Positions 18,597-28,945 of a stretch of DNA of 64,000 nucleotides are shown piece after piece. The position numbers and the translations under genes were made by a program. Below the pieces are notes generated by a model. That model was not told the origin of the DNA, made no database searches, and saw only the letters and a program-made list of their open reading frames with translations. Position 1 is the first letter of the stretch; each line of letters opens with the position of its first letter. The DNA comes from a bacterium (GTDB lineage Bacteria; UBA8248), in NCBI GenBank assembly GCA_965221165.1, contig CBDCRP010000003.1, positions 1,312,001 through 1,376,000 of the forward strand, written 5' to 3'.

Positions 18597-19703
18597 ATGC
18601 GCGCCCTCATCATCCTGATCGACGGCGGCGACCCCGCCTATTTCGAGGCCTCTCCTACGCCTAACCTCGATAGAATCGAGGGCGAGGGCGCGCGCTTCAT
18701 CGTTTCTTGCCAGATGCCCTCGGTCACCAACGTGAACAACGTCTCGATGATCTGCGGCGCGCCCCCCGCCGCGCACGGGATTACGGCCAATTACTTCCTG
18801 AACCCGGAGACGGGCGAGGAGGTCTATATGGAATCGGGGGATTTCGTCCTCTCGCCCACACTCATGGAGATGGGCCGCACGGCGGGGCGTAAGACCGCCG
18901 TTTTGGCGTCCAAACAAAAACTCTGCGACATGATCGGCAAAGGGGCGGAGACGGTCGTCACCGCCGAAGACCCGCCCGGGTGGCTCATCGAAAAAGCGGG
19001 CCCCAAAGAGGAAATCTACAGCGGGGCCGTCAATCTGTGGCTCCTGCGGGCTGCGCGCGCGGTACTCGAAAACCAAAAACCAGACCTGCTCTACGTCACC
19101 ACCACGGATTTCTTACAGCACAAGTTTGGCCCGGAGAGCGCCGAGGCTCAGGAGCACCACGCCGCACTCGACGCGGAAATCGGTCATCTGGTCGATAGCT
19201 GGGTGAGCGCCCATAAAGACGGAGCGGTCTTCATCACCGCCGACCACGGGATGCGCGATAAGATGCGGGCGCTGGACCCGGGCGTCATATTAAGAGCCCG
19301 GGGCGTCGGCGCGGAGGCTGTTCCCATCATCAAGGACCGCTACGTCGTCCACCACGGCAACCAGGGCGGCGCGGCTTACGTGCACCTGGAAACCGAGGAG
19401 GCGCTCGCCGACGCCGTTTCCATCCTGAAAGCCTGCCCGGGAATCGATGATGCGCTTACGCGCGAGGAGGCGGCCGCGCGCTTTCAGCTAATGGCCGAGC
19501 GGGTAGGCGACATCATGGTTCTCGCGGATTCAGAGACCGTATTCGGCGTGATGGACGAAGCCGAGCGCGCGGTTCACCTCAGAAGCCACGGCTCTGCGCA
19601 CGAGAGCGAGGTGCCGCTATGGGCCTTGAATGCGCCTGATTTCACACCTACCGAGACGCCCCGCCATTTCGAGTGCGTCCGCTACGTGATGGACAAATTG
19701 TAA
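18597..19703 (+). CDS. Alkaline phosphatase superfamily, phosphonoacetate hydrolase-like
   Basis: IDG, PSVTNVNNVS (Thr nucleophile), TTDFLQHK, TADHGM, RSHGS. Confidence 0.8.
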   Translation: MRALIILIDGGDPAYFEASPTPNLDRIEGEGARFIVSCQMPSVTNVNNVSMICGAPPAAHGITANYFLNPETGEEVYMESGDFVLSPTLMEMGRTAGRKTAVLASKQKLCDMIGKGAETVVTAEDPPGWLIEKAGPKEEIYSGAVNLWLLRAARAVLENQKPDLLYVTTTDFLQHKFGPESAEAQEHHAALDAEIGHLVDSWVSAHKDGAVFITADHGMRDKMRALDPGVILRARGVGAEAVPIIKDRYVVHHGNQGGAAYVHLETEEALADAVSILKACPGIDDALTREEAAARFQLMAERVGDIMVLADSETVFGVMDEAERAVHLRSHGSAHESEVPLWALNAPDFTPTETPRHFECVRYVMDKL

Positions 19704-19736
19704 TGGCGGATAGCCGCGCGACCCGTAAGCGCCGTC

Positions 19737-19930
19737 CGTAGGGGCCGCATATATGCGGCCCACCGGGAGTGGTTTTCATCGCTCCAGATCCCGCATTCAA
19801 GGGTTGCGGGATGACGATCAAAGGCGAAATGCAGGGACGCATGTATGTGTGGCGGACATATATGTCCGACCTACAAAACCGCAATCCCCCCTTCCCCGGT
19901 CGGCAATGACCCTCAAGGGGGCGATTGCGA
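19737..19930. repeat. REP cluster (GTAG-tagged palindromes plus a TGAC-ended motif)
   Basis: CGTAGGGGCCGCATATATGCGGCCC at 19737-19761; inverted GTAG palindrome at 19851-19874; 30-bp motif at 19881-19910. Confidence 0.8.
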
Positions 19931-19954
19931 ACTCAAGGCCGCTCGCCCCGCACC

Positions 19955-20341
19955 TCAGGGATTGCGCTTGAGCCAGGGGAATTTCTCGTCGATGCCCGGC
20001 CAAATCTCGCGGATAGAGAAAAAACAAATCGCTATCCAGATGGCGAGGCCGACCTCGAAACCCTCGAGTACCCGCACCATCCAGATGAAATCGAATATGC
20101 CCAACACCAGAACAGCGAGATAACAGCACCACGTAAATCCGCGCCAGGTCGCCAGCCCGAACACACTCAAGGCCACCCCTCCCGCCAGCGTCGCCCAGCC
20201 GTAACCCACCCTGCCCGGCTGGTTCGTATAGAGCGCCGACGCGGTGAAGGCGAGCATCAGCAAAGCGACCAGCAGCGTGGTCTTGGCCGCGCGATTCGCG
20301 CTGAACGTTCTTTCTTCACTTACAGGGGGTTCATTCATCAT
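19955..20341 (-). CDS. Small hypothetical membrane protein (about 4 TM segments)
   Basis: Four hydrophobic stretches; start uncertain. Confidence 0.55.
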   Translation of the reverse strand: MMNEPPVSEERTFSANRAAKTTLLVALLMLAFTASALYTNQPGRVGYGWATLAGGVALSVFGLATWRGFTWCCYLAVLVLGIFDFIWMVRVLEGFEVGLAIWIAICFFSIREIWPGIDEKFPWLKRNP

Positions 20342-20484
20342 GTTTTCGCTTTCCGTGTTGGACGCCACCGGAGAGAACGCGGAGTTGCGTTCTACACCAT
20401 ACGCTCCTCGTTGCCTAGGCGCTCGCCTATGTGCTCTAATCGGGCCTCTGAAATCCGATTCCATTTTTGTGAGGAGGACGCCCC

Positions 20485-21524
20485 TTGAAGGCGATGGTGC
20501 TGAGAGAGCCGGGAAAACCCTTTGTCGAGGAAGAATATCCAGACCCCGTGCCGGGGCCGGGAGAAGCGGTCGCGAAGATACTGGCCTGCGGCGCCGGGCT
20601 GACCATCCACCACGCCCGCATGGGCCGGGTGCCCGGTGTGGATTATCCCCTCATCATCGGCCATGAGATCACCGCCGTCATCTCCGCCGTGGGCGCAGGC
20701 GTCGAGGGCTTACAGGAGGGCGACGCGGTGACCGCCCATTTCTACGTCACCTGCGGGAGGTGCAAGTGGTGCCTCATCAACCGCGAGACGCTGTGCGAGA
20801 ACTTTACGGGCTACATCGGCCGCCAGGTGCAGGGAGCCTATGCGGAATACATCAAACTGCCCGCAAGGAATTTCATCAAACTTCCCGCCGGGCTCGATTA
20901 CGAGAAGGACGCTGCGGAGGTCTCCGTCATCTGCGACGCGATAGCCACCCCTACAAGGTGACGAGGCGCGCGCGCATCGCACCGCTCGAGACCGTGGCCG
21001 TCATGGGCGCGGGCGGCGGCGTGGGCATCCACATGGTCATGATGGCGAAGTGGGCGCACGCCAGAGTCATCGCCGTGGACATCGCGGCGAACAAACTCGG
21101 CAAGTGCCGCGACGTAGGCGCGGATGAGGCCGTAGACGCATCACAAGGCGACGTGGCGGGCGCGCTTTTGGACTTGACGGGCGGCAAGGGCGTGGACGTG
21201 GTGGTCGATTTCGTATCTTCCGCCGCCACGATGGAAGCGGGCGTTCAGGCCCTGGGAATCGGCGGACGCCTCGTGACCCTGGGCGGCACGGGGCAGACGT
21301 TTCAGACCGCATCGCGCGATATGGTGACAAAAGAACTGGAGCTTCTGGGCAGCCGGTACGCGTCGAAACAGGAACTCAAGGAATCGCTCGACCTCGTGGC
21401 GCGGGGCGACGTCTGGCCCGTGGTGACGGAAACCTACTCGTTCAGCGTCGATGAGGTGGAAAAGGTCCACGAACGGCTCGAGGTGGCGGCCGTTACGGGT
21501 CGCGCGGTCGTCGTGATGGATTAG
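20485..21524 (+). pseudogene. Zn-dependent alcohol dehydrogenase, frameshifted near 20948-20951
   Basis: ORF 20485-20961 has GHE and CGRCKWC...C; ORF 20760-21524 supplies GAGGGVG and the C-terminus. One extra C in ACCCCTAC restores CDAIATPYK. Confidence 0.8.
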
Positions 21525-21542
21525 GCTATAAGCGTCAGCGGG

Positions 21543-22238
21543 CTAGTTGGCGATCTTCCACTGCCCGTCGGGCTGCCTGCAAGCGGTGCCGTAGGCGCTT
21601 TGCTCTTTGCCGTCGATGACCACTCTTTGCTGGAACTCGCGGCAATACTGGTTGCGTTCGTTCTTGAAGGCCGGCCTGGGAACGATGACGCCGCATATCC
21701 GCCTGTCGGGATTGTCCCATACGGTTCGCGTGCCGGAGCGCTGGTTCTCGAGCGCGTATTGCGTGGCGCTCGCGAGCTTGAGGCGTTCGGCCTCATCGAG
21801 GTCGCGCCCGAGTTGCCCACCCACGACGCTGCCAAGAAGCACGCCCGCGAAGGTGGCGAGCGCCCGGCCGCCGCCCTTGCCGACCTGATGTCCGATGACG
21901 CCGCCGCCGATCGCGCCTATCACCGATCCGAGAACCTCGTTGTCGTTATCCGCGACATAAGTCGCGCAGCCGAAATCCGTAGAGCGATGCACGTAACGCT
22001 TACGGGGGTAGGGCCGATAAATGACGCGCGGGCCGTACCAGGCCGGATAGCCGTACCAGACCGGAGCGACGAAGCGCGGACCATACCAGAACATGTGACG
22101 AAAGATGACCCGGGAACGGTGGTGGCGGTGACGATGTACTCCGTGGCGTCTACCGTGACGGCCAGCCGCCGCCGCATCGTTTATCAGAAAAACGACCGCC
22201 ACAACGCTCAAAGCGATAGTGATCCCAAAACGCCTCAT
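21543..22238 (-). CDS. Glycine-zipper 17-kDa surface antigen-like protein
   Basis: Signal peptide, His/Arg-rich and aromatic segment, GAIGGGVIG glycine zipper, YCREFQQ...AYGTACRQPDGQW. Confidence 0.88.
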   Translation of the reverse strand: MRRFGITIALSVVAVVFLINDAAAAGRHGRRHGVHRHRHHRSRVIFRHMFWYGPRFVAPVWYGYPAWYGPRVIYRPYPRKRYVHRSTDFGCATYVADNDNEVLGSVIGAIGGGVIGHQVGKGGGRALATFAGVLLGSVVGGQLGRDLDEAERLKLASATQYALENQRSGTRTVWDNPDRRICGVIVPRPAFKNERNQYCREFQQRVVIDGKEQSAYGTACRQPDGQWKIAN

Positions 22239-22394
22239 CTATCCATCCCCCCTGGAACTTTCCCCATCTGCCGAGAAAAGATGTGAACCGGCGACTCGCT
22301 TATTATACTATTGGACGCCGCCGGGTTCCACTCTTTGATAAAGTGTTGATATCTTTGTATTTGTATTTGTATCATTCCATGTCCGAAGCGGCTC

Positions 22395-23258
22395 TCACGC
22401 CCGTCCAATGGCCGAGGCCGGGCCGACATCTATCAACAACCGGCAGTGATCGCTCGAACCCCACTCATCGGCACCGTTCAGGGCGCGGGCGGCCACGCCC
22501 CGGTGGAATCCCCGCGAGGCGAAGACGTAATCGAGTTGATTTTGGGCGGTCGCCGGAGATTGTCTCGTCGTGAAGAAGGTCGGGACATTCTTGGTGTCGC
22601 CAGGCAAGCCCTGCGGCGTGGGCTCCGCCCGCCTGCCGTTCGGGTACTGCGGCCCCATGAACTCCAGTCCCAGCGCGTTCATTCGCTCGAAGATCGTACG
22701 ATCCCGGGCCGGGAGCGCCAGCCGATTGTCGTCCGTCGCGCCGTATATCGTGTTGAGATCGCCGGCCGCCAGAATGCGGTGCGTCGAGGGGTCCGTGTCG
22801 CCGATGAAGGCGGACAAGTCCGAGATGATTCGGTGGGCCGACCCATCCGGGTAGCCTACCCTCCATTCCGTCCCGGTCGTGACATGGGGCCTGATCCAGC
22901 GCGCATACATCGACACAACAATGAACGGTTTCCCCTCCAGCGGAATCACCCTTGCGGCCGCGATGGTGCCGATACCGCTGACCGGGATTTCATCGCGCTT
23001 CGCATGGCTAACCGGAAAAATACGCTTGAACCATTCTATCTCGACCCGCTCGGAGAGTTTGACGACCATCGCCCCTCTATCATAGAGACCCTCCTCCCAC
23101 GGCTCCCAGGGGTCTTGAGGCCCGGCCTCGACCGGACGCCTCAGATCGGGCGGTACCCTGCTCGCCTCTTGCAGCAAGGCGACGTCCACGTCCATCTCCA
23201 GCAGTTCTTCCCAAGGCGAGTTTTTCTTTCCAATGTTCCAACACACGATGCGCGTCAT
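22395..23258 (-). CDS. Endonuclease/exonuclease/phosphatase (EEP) family protein
   Basis: WNI, LLQEA, GDLN, LDYVF, SDH motifs. Confidence 0.87.
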   Translation of the reverse strand: MTRIVCWNIGKKNSPWEELLEMDVDVALLQEASRVPPDLRRPVEAGPQDPWEPWEEGLYDRGAMVVKLSERVEIEWFKRIFPVSHAKRDEIPVSGIGTIAAARVIPLEGKPFIVVSMYARWIRPHVTTGTEWRVGYPDGSAHRIISDLSAFIGDTDPSTHRILAAGDLNTIYGATDDNRLALPARDRTIFERMNALGLEFMGPQYPNGRRAEPTPQGLPGDTKNVPTFFTTRQSPATAQNQLDYVFASRGFHRGVAARALNGADEWGSSDHCRLLIDVGPASAIGRA

Positions 23259-23498
23259 GACGATGAATTCGCTCCAGTTATTCTTAGACGGTTTAATCGG
23301 GCAAGTAGGGTGCAGGCACGTACTCGGTCAATACATACCGGGCAGTATAGACGGGGTCGACTCACCGAATCAAAGGCTTCACGCCTCTCGATTCTCAACC
23401 TCACGGCAAAACCCGCGTGAACTTTGAAGATTTTCGCCCTCGCCTGTAGAATCGCCTTTCCGCAGAACCACACGACCAATCAGGAGGTTTCAGGTTTC

Positions 23499-23954
23499 AT
23501 GAGCGAAGGCGTCGCGTTTGAAAAATGGGAAGTCGGGAGCAAATTCACCACCCGGGGCAGAACCATCACCGAGACCGACGTGGTGAACTACGTCAACCTG
23601 GTGGGCTATACGGAAAGCCTGTTTCTCGACATGGAATTTTTACGGGAAAAAGGCCATGAGAAGCGCATGGCGCCGGCCCTTTTCACCTGCGGCATCGCGG
23701 ATACCTTAATCGTCCAGACGGGCGTCCTGCACGATTACGCGATAGCACTTTTAGGCGTGGACGGCCTCGTCGCGCGCGCGCCGGTGTACGTGGGAGATAC
23801 GCTCACGGTCGAAGTGGCGACGACGGACGTGCGTCCTTCTAAAAGCAGGCCCGATCGCGGCGTCGTCTCCACGCATCAAAGGGTGCTCAATCAAAAGGGC
23901 GAGGTGGTGCTCGAATACGACGTGAAGCGCATGCTGCTCAGAAGCGACGCGTGA
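23499..23954 (+). CDS. MaoC/PaaZ-like single-hotdog dehydratase
   Basis: GRTITETD, PVYVGDTL, SKSRPDRGVV, NQKGEVV; AGGAGG upstream. Confidence 0.85.
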   Translation: MSEGVAFEKWEVGSKFTTRGRTITETDVVNYVNLVGYTESLFLDMEFLREKGHEKRMAPALFTCGIADTLIVQTGVLHDYAIALLGVDGLVARAPVYVGDTLTVEVATTDVRPSKSRPDRGVVSTHQRVLNQKGEVVLEYDVKRMLLRSDA

Positions 23955-23970
23955 GGCGCGCCTGCGCGTT

Positions 23971-24948
23971 TTACAGCCCGAAAAACTCTTTGGCCGTGCC
24001 GCTCCAGATTCTTTCCGCATCCTCGGATGAAATATCCAGCGCGTTCACCATGTCGGCGTGGCGCTTCACGGGCACCCAGGGGGCGTCGCTTGCGAACATC
24101 ATCCGCGATGCGCCCATCTCCTTCAAGGAGAACTCGAGCGCCGTCTGGGAGTGAACCACCGTATCCGTGTAAAAGCGTGCGAAGTATTCGCTCGGGTCGC
24201 GGGTGATCAAGTCCTGATCGCCTCGGTAGCGCGAACTCAGGTTGTCCACCCGACCGATGAAATACGGGAGCGACGCGCCCCCGTGCGGCAAGAGCACCTT
24301 GAGGTCGGGGTGACGCTCCAGCACGCCGCCCAGGATGAGCCTGAGCGCCGCCAGACATTCATCGAACATGAAGCCGATCATCGGCCCCAGCCAGTGATCC
24401 TTGTACTGCGGCCCCGAGGGAGAAGGCCCCGGGTGCAGCACGAGCGGAACACCGCGCTCGGCCAACAGCCCCCACAGGGGTTCATGAGCCGCGTCGTCGA
24501 TGTAGCGTTTGCCGCCCACGTAGGCGAACACCTGTAAGCCCACGAAACCCAACTCATCCACGCAGCGTTCGAGTTCGCGGCAGGTCGCGTCGATATCCCC
24601 GAAACCGAGCGAAGCCAAACCGCGAAACCGTCCCGGGTGAGGGGCCCCGGCCTCGGCCAGGCCGTCGTTTCCGATTCTCGCGAGTTCATCCGCGTCTTTT
24701 GGGTTTTTTGCGAGGTCCGCGCCTGGAATGTTCATGCTGATTAGGGCAATATCGATTTCCTGCTCATCCATTTCGGCGAGTTTGATGGAGATATCCAGCG
24801 CGGGAGGCCGCATCGGAAGTTTTTCATCCGGACTCGCCCACGCCCACCAGAAATCCTCCGCATTCTCGTAGCGCGGAAAATCGGAGCGGGCGGCGAGCGC
24901 TTCCACGTAGGCTTGTGGTACATGATGGGTCTGAACGTCGATGCGCAT
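23971..24948 (-). CDS. Amidohydrolase_2 family (ACMSD-like decarboxylase/hydrolase)
   Basis: IDVQTH, LVLHP, PHGGASLPY, FASDAP. Confidence 0.85.
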   Translation of the reverse strand: MRIDVQTHHVPQAYVEALAARSDFPRYENAEDFWWAWASPDEKLPMRPPALDISIKLAEMDEQEIDIALISMNIPGADLAKNPKDADELARIGNDGLAEAGAPHPGRFRGLASLGFGDIDATCRELERCVDELGFVGLQVFAYVGGKRYIDDAAHEPLWGLLAERGVPLVLHPGPSPSGPQYKDHWLGPMIGFMFDECLAALRLILGGVLERHPDLKVLLPHGGASLPYFIGRVDNLSSRYRGDQDLITRDPSEYFARFYTDTVVHSQTALEFSLKEMGASRMMFASDAPWVPVKRHADMVNALDISSEDAERIWSGTAKEFFGL

Positions 24949-25040
24949 GGGATTCTCCCGATGTATGATGGGAATATATACGAGACAGGGGGATTATTCC
25001 CCCGAAACGAGCCGTATGCAAATTATGTGAGGAGACGATT

Positions 25041-26099
25041 GTGAAAACGACAGGAGTTGCCGTCATCGGCGCAGGCGGCATCGGAACGCTCAGAGCGCAT
25101 TCTTGCGCGCAAATCCCCCAGGTGGACTATCTCGCGGTGTGCGACATCGTGCCCGAGAAGCTCGACCGCCTGGCGGAATCGGTCCGGGCCGATGTGGCGA
25201 CGGAGAAATACGAAGTGGCGATAAGGGACGAGCGCGTCGGCGCCGTCATCGTCTCATCGGACGAGGAGTTCCACCACGGGCCGGCGGCCCTGGCGGCCGA
25301 ACTCGGCAAGCCCGTGCTCATCGAAAAACCCTTCGTCCTCGACCTGGACGAGGCGGACGACATCCTGGCGAAAGCCGACGCGTCGGGCGCGGAGATTTTC
25401 GTGGGCTACACCCAGCGCTACAGGAGGCGCTTTCTGCTCGCCAAACAAGCGGCCTTCGCCGGGCAGCTCGGCGACATCGTGATGGCGCTCGGCAAGATTT
25501 ACGTCACGCGCGCCGTGGGCGAGGCGGTGGCGAGGCGCTCGCCCAACACCACGCCCTCCATCAACACGCTCACCTACATGGTCGACCTCATCCTCTGGTA
25601 CATGGAGGGGAAAAAGCCCGTCGAGGTCTACGCCCGCTCGGCGAGTTTCGTGTTCAAGAAATACAAGCGCGACGATTTCCAGTGGATGATCGTCACCTTC
25701 GACGACGGGAGCGTGGCCACGCTGGGCACGAGCTGGCTCCAGCCCCACCACTGGCCCGCCTATACGGCGACGATGGAAATCGACTTGCAAGGCACGAAGG
25801 GCTCGCTGAACGTGGACGACGCTCACAGGGACGTGATTTTAGCGCCCGAAGAGCCGATTCCCTGCCCCTACACGCCCGAACATCAGGTGAACGTCGCCTT
25901 CCTGGGTTCCGCCATGCCGGGGGACTTCGTGATGGGCGAGTTCTTCGGCCCCATGAAAGAAGAAACAGACGCCTTCGTGCGCCATATTCTGGGAATCGGC
26001 GGGGTGGGACTCGCCACGGGCGCGCACGCGAGAGACGTACTCGCCCTCACCATGGCGGCGGATCGCTCGTGCAAGGAGCGCAAGCCCATCGAGTTTTAA
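25041..26099 (+). CDS. Gfo/Idh/MocA oxidoreductase
   Basis: GAGGIG, IEKPF, VGYTQRY. Confidence 0.88.
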   Translation: MKTTGVAVIGAGGIGTLRAHSCAQIPQVDYLAVCDIVPEKLDRLAESVRADVATEKYEVAIRDERVGAVIVSSDEEFHHGPAALAAELGKPVLIEKPFVLDLDEADDILAKADASGAEIFVGYTQRYRRRFLLAKQAAFAGQLGDIVMALGKIYVTRAVGEAVARRSPNTTPSINTLTYMVDLILWYMEGKKPVEVYARSASFVFKKYKRDDFQWMIVTFDDGSVATLGTSWLQPHHWPAYTATMEIDLQGTKGSLNVDDAHRDVILAPEEPIPCPYTPEHQVNVAFLGSAMPGDFVMGEFFGPMKEETDAFVRHILGIGGVGLATGAHARDVLALTMAADRSCKERKPIEF

Positions 26100-26190
26100 G
26101 GTTCAGACGGATTAGAAGCTGACGCGGCGTCGAGCCGCCCGAGGCGAACCGGGAGGCTCGCCGCTGCGTATTCCTTCACTTATCGGCGGG

Positions 26191-27693
26191 CTAGCGCGGC
26201 ATGAGATTCCTGATTTGCGCCTCAAGCGGTTCCGTTGTGAGTCGCCGATAGCCGAGGTGGCGGGAGAGGGAATCGCCGTCGTGGCGTTGCCCGTCGCGCC
26301 AGACCTCCAGCAGGAATCCGCCGCTCCCCCGATTGGCCCACCACCTCTTGCCGAACTTCGTCTTCAGGACCTCCGCCATCTGGGCCTGGAGCATCCACGC
26401 CCTCAGATAATTCGCGCAATAAAAAAACGGATCCACATCGTCGAGATAGGAGACTTTTGGATATTCCACCCCCGTCGCCGCACTCAGTTTTTCCCGATAC
26501 AGGGCGTCTTTGCCCGCGAGTTCCGCCCCTTGGTGAAGCGTGAGTTCATAGTCGATTTTCGCCGCATAGCGCCTCAGCATGTATAGCTCGAAAAGCGCAT
26601 GATGCTCCAGAAACGCCGCGTAGTCCGAAGCCTCCCCGCCCAGGGCGTCCTCGAGCCAGAGCGGGTCGAGCAAAAGATGATCGAAGAGCATGGCGAACCC
26701 CTCGGTCACGGAGTTATCCCCCAGGCGCTTCCACTCGAAAGCCGCATCCGCCGCCACGTTGGCGAAATGAAGCGCATGGCCGAGTTCGTGCCAGAACGCG
26801 CGGTAATCGTCATGCCCGCCCCGGGGCCTGATGACGAGGTATACCTCTTCGGGCACGTGCAAGGAGGCGCAAAACGCGCGGGGACTTTTTAAGGGGCGAT
26901 CCTCGATGTCGAGGCGCACCCGGCCTCCCGCCAATAGATCGAGGCCCATCGAGGCGCAAACTTTCCTCGCCGAGGATTCGATTTTCTCGGCCGGAAAAAG
27001 ACCGTCGAACTCGATACCCCGAAAGCAATAGAGCGCATCGTGGCGATGGGCGGCTGAAGGGGGAACGCCCGCTCGACTCAGCGCTTCTTCCATCGCCTCG
27101 GCATAAAGCGCCCCGGTGCGTTCGAGAAACCACCCCATTTCTTCGCGAACCGGACTCAAGCTGTAGCGTTTGAGCGCCGCCATCATCCCCAGATAGCCCT
27201 CGAAACCCAACACTTCGGCTATTTCATGGGTGGTGTGATGAATTTGCTGCAAGAATTCGTTCTTCTCCACCAAAGCCTCCGAGCGGGCGTTTTCCAGAAA
27301 ATTCCGATTCTCACGGTTCGACTCGTTCAAGAGCGCGACGGCGCTTTGCCGATAGGGGATGGACTCGCCCTCGGCCGTTTTCACCATCGTTTGCGTCTCG
27401 AAAAGGAGCGCCTGCTCACTTAAATCCCTGGTTGCGTCGCGTATAAAACCCAGGGTTAAGAAACCCCGCAACTCGGAGAGCCTCGTGGATTCGGCTTCAC
27501 CTTCCGCCGAATCGGCGAGGGAGCGGAGAGTATGGATGTTCTCGCGCGTAAAAAGGTCGGCGTATTCGGCGAAAATCTCGCTCAGGCGTACATCTTCCTT
27601 CAGGCCCGCGCCGACCTCGTACCACTCTTTTCGCGATTCGGCGAGAAAGGCTTCGGCGCGGGTACGGATGCCCGCCAAGTGCACGGGATTCAT
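26191..27693 (-). CDS. M3-like zinc metallopeptidase
   Basis: KSPRAFC, HELGHALH, downstream Glu in SVTEGFAMLF; ATG 27693 overlaps the glgC stop. Confidence 0.75.
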   Translation of the reverse strand: MNPVHLAGIRTRAEAFLAESRKEWYEVGAGLKEDVRLSEIFAEYADLFTRENIHTLRSLADSAEGEAESTRLSELRGFLTLGFIRDATRDLSEQALLFETQTMVKTAEGESIPYRQSAVALLNESNRENRNFLENARSEALVEKNEFLQQIHHTTHEIAEVLGFEGYLGMMAALKRYSLSPVREEMGWFLERTGALYAEAMEEALSRAGVPPSAAHRHDALYCFRGIEFDGLFPAEKIESSARKVCASMGLDLLAGGRVRLDIEDRPLKSPRAFCASLHVPEEVYLVIRPRGGHDDYRAFWHELGHALHFANVAADAAFEWKRLGDNSVTEGFAMLFDHLLLDPLWLEDALGGEASDYAAFLEHHALFELYMLRRYAAKIDYELTLHQGAELAGKDALYREKLSAATGVEYPKVSYLDDVDPFFYCANYLRAWMLQAQMAEVLKTKFGKRWWANRGSGGFLLEVWRDGQRHDGDSLSRHLGYRRLTTEPLEAQIRNLMPR

Positions 27694-28919
27694 ATGACGG
27701 GCCGGGTGAATCCGCGCGGCAGGACGATGATGCCGGAGGGATCGGAAACGGCGCCGGGGTAGGCGTCGGCGTTTCCATCCACCACCGAAGCGCCCGCTCC
27801 GATCTGGTTGAACCTGTCGACAATCGCCTTTTGCAGCTTCGCCCCGGCTCCGATATGGGTGTGATCCATGACGATGGAATCGACAACCTCCGCCCCTTTT
27901 TCGATCATCACGCCGCGGCCGATGACGGAACGCTCGATCCGCGCGCCCACAATCTGGCATCCCTCGCCGATGAGAGCGTTTTCCACTTCCGCGGATATGA
28001 TTCGGCTACCCGGCCCCGGGTAGGCGCTGGTGTGTATCGGCCAGTCGGGGTTGCTCAGATCAAGGAGCGGCGTCTCTCCCAACAGGTCCATCTGCGCCTC
28101 CCAGTAGGTCTTGATGGTGCCCACGTCGCGCCAGTAGCCCTTCTCCTCGCTCGGCTTCATACCCGGAATCTCGTTTTTCAGAAAATCATAGGCGTAGAGT
28201 TTTTTGCGCTCGCCCAGCAAGGCGGGGATGATGGTGCGCCCGAAGTCATGTTCTCCCTCACGCGCCGCGTCGCTGATGAGCGCATCCATCAACACCTGGG
28301 AGGAAAACACATAATTCCCCATGGAGCATAGGGCGCGCGAGGAATCGCCCGGCATGGGCCGGGGGTGGGGGGGCTTTTCGTCGAAACTCTCCACCCGTCC
28401 TTCCTCGTCGACCGCCAGCACCCCGAAGCCCTGGGCGTCTTCGATGGGGGCGGGCAGGGCCGATATCGTCGCATCCGCTCCGCGTGCGAGATGAAAACGA
28501 ACCATCTGGCTCACGTCCATGCGGTAGATATGGTCCGCCCCGAACACCAGGACGATGTCGGGCGCATTGTCGGTCACCAGGTTTCTGTTCTGATGGATGG
28601 AATCCGCCGTCCCCTTGAACCAGAACTCGCCCGAGCGCTGCTGGGGCGGAACGGCCGTCACGAAATTCTTCCCCAATGTCCCGCTGATGTTCCACGAGCG
28701 CCTCAAATGCTCGATCAGCGATTGCGACAGGTACTGCACCAGCACGTAGATGGACTGATAGCCCGAGTTCACCAGATTGCTCAGTACGAAGTCGATGATG
28801 CGGTATTTCGAACCGAAAGGCACGGCGGGTTTGCCGCGCGCGACCGTCAAGGGGTGAAGCCTGCTTCCGGCACCGCCCGCCATGACGAAGGATATGACTC
28901 TGGGATCACGCGAATCCAA
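27690..28919 (-). CDS. glgC: Glucose-1-phosphate adenylyltransferase
   Basis: AGGAGSRLHPLT, KPAVPFGSKYRIIDF, GTADS, YWRDVGT. Confidence 0.97.
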   Translation of the reverse strand: MDSRDPRVISFVMAGGAGSRLHPLTVARGKPAVPFGSKYRIIDFVLSNLVNSGYQSIYVLVQYLSQSLIEHLRRSWNISGTLGKNFVTAVPPQQRSGEFWFKGTADSIHQNRNLVTDNAPDIVLVFGADHIYRMDVSQMVRFHLARGADATISALPAPIEDAQGFGVLAVDEEGRVESFDEKPPHPRPMPGDSSRALCSMGNYVFSSQVLMDALISDAAREGEHDFGRTIIPALLGERKKLYAYDFLKNEIPGMKPSEEKGYWRDVGTIKTYWEAQMDLLGETPLLDLSNPDWPIHTSAYPGPGSRIISAEVENALIGEGCQIVGARIERSVIGRGVMIEKGAEVVDSIVMDHTHIGAGAKLQKAIVDRFNQIGAGASVVDGNADAYPGAVSDPSGIIVLPRGFTRPVI

Positions 28920-28945
28920 ACTCTAGCTCCTTTGTTCGACTCGCC

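Noticed and set aside
26120-26170. GC-rich hairpin between convergent genes as a possible ncRNA
   Set aside because: No recognisable SRP, tRNA or riboswitch motif; most simply a terminator-like hairpin.
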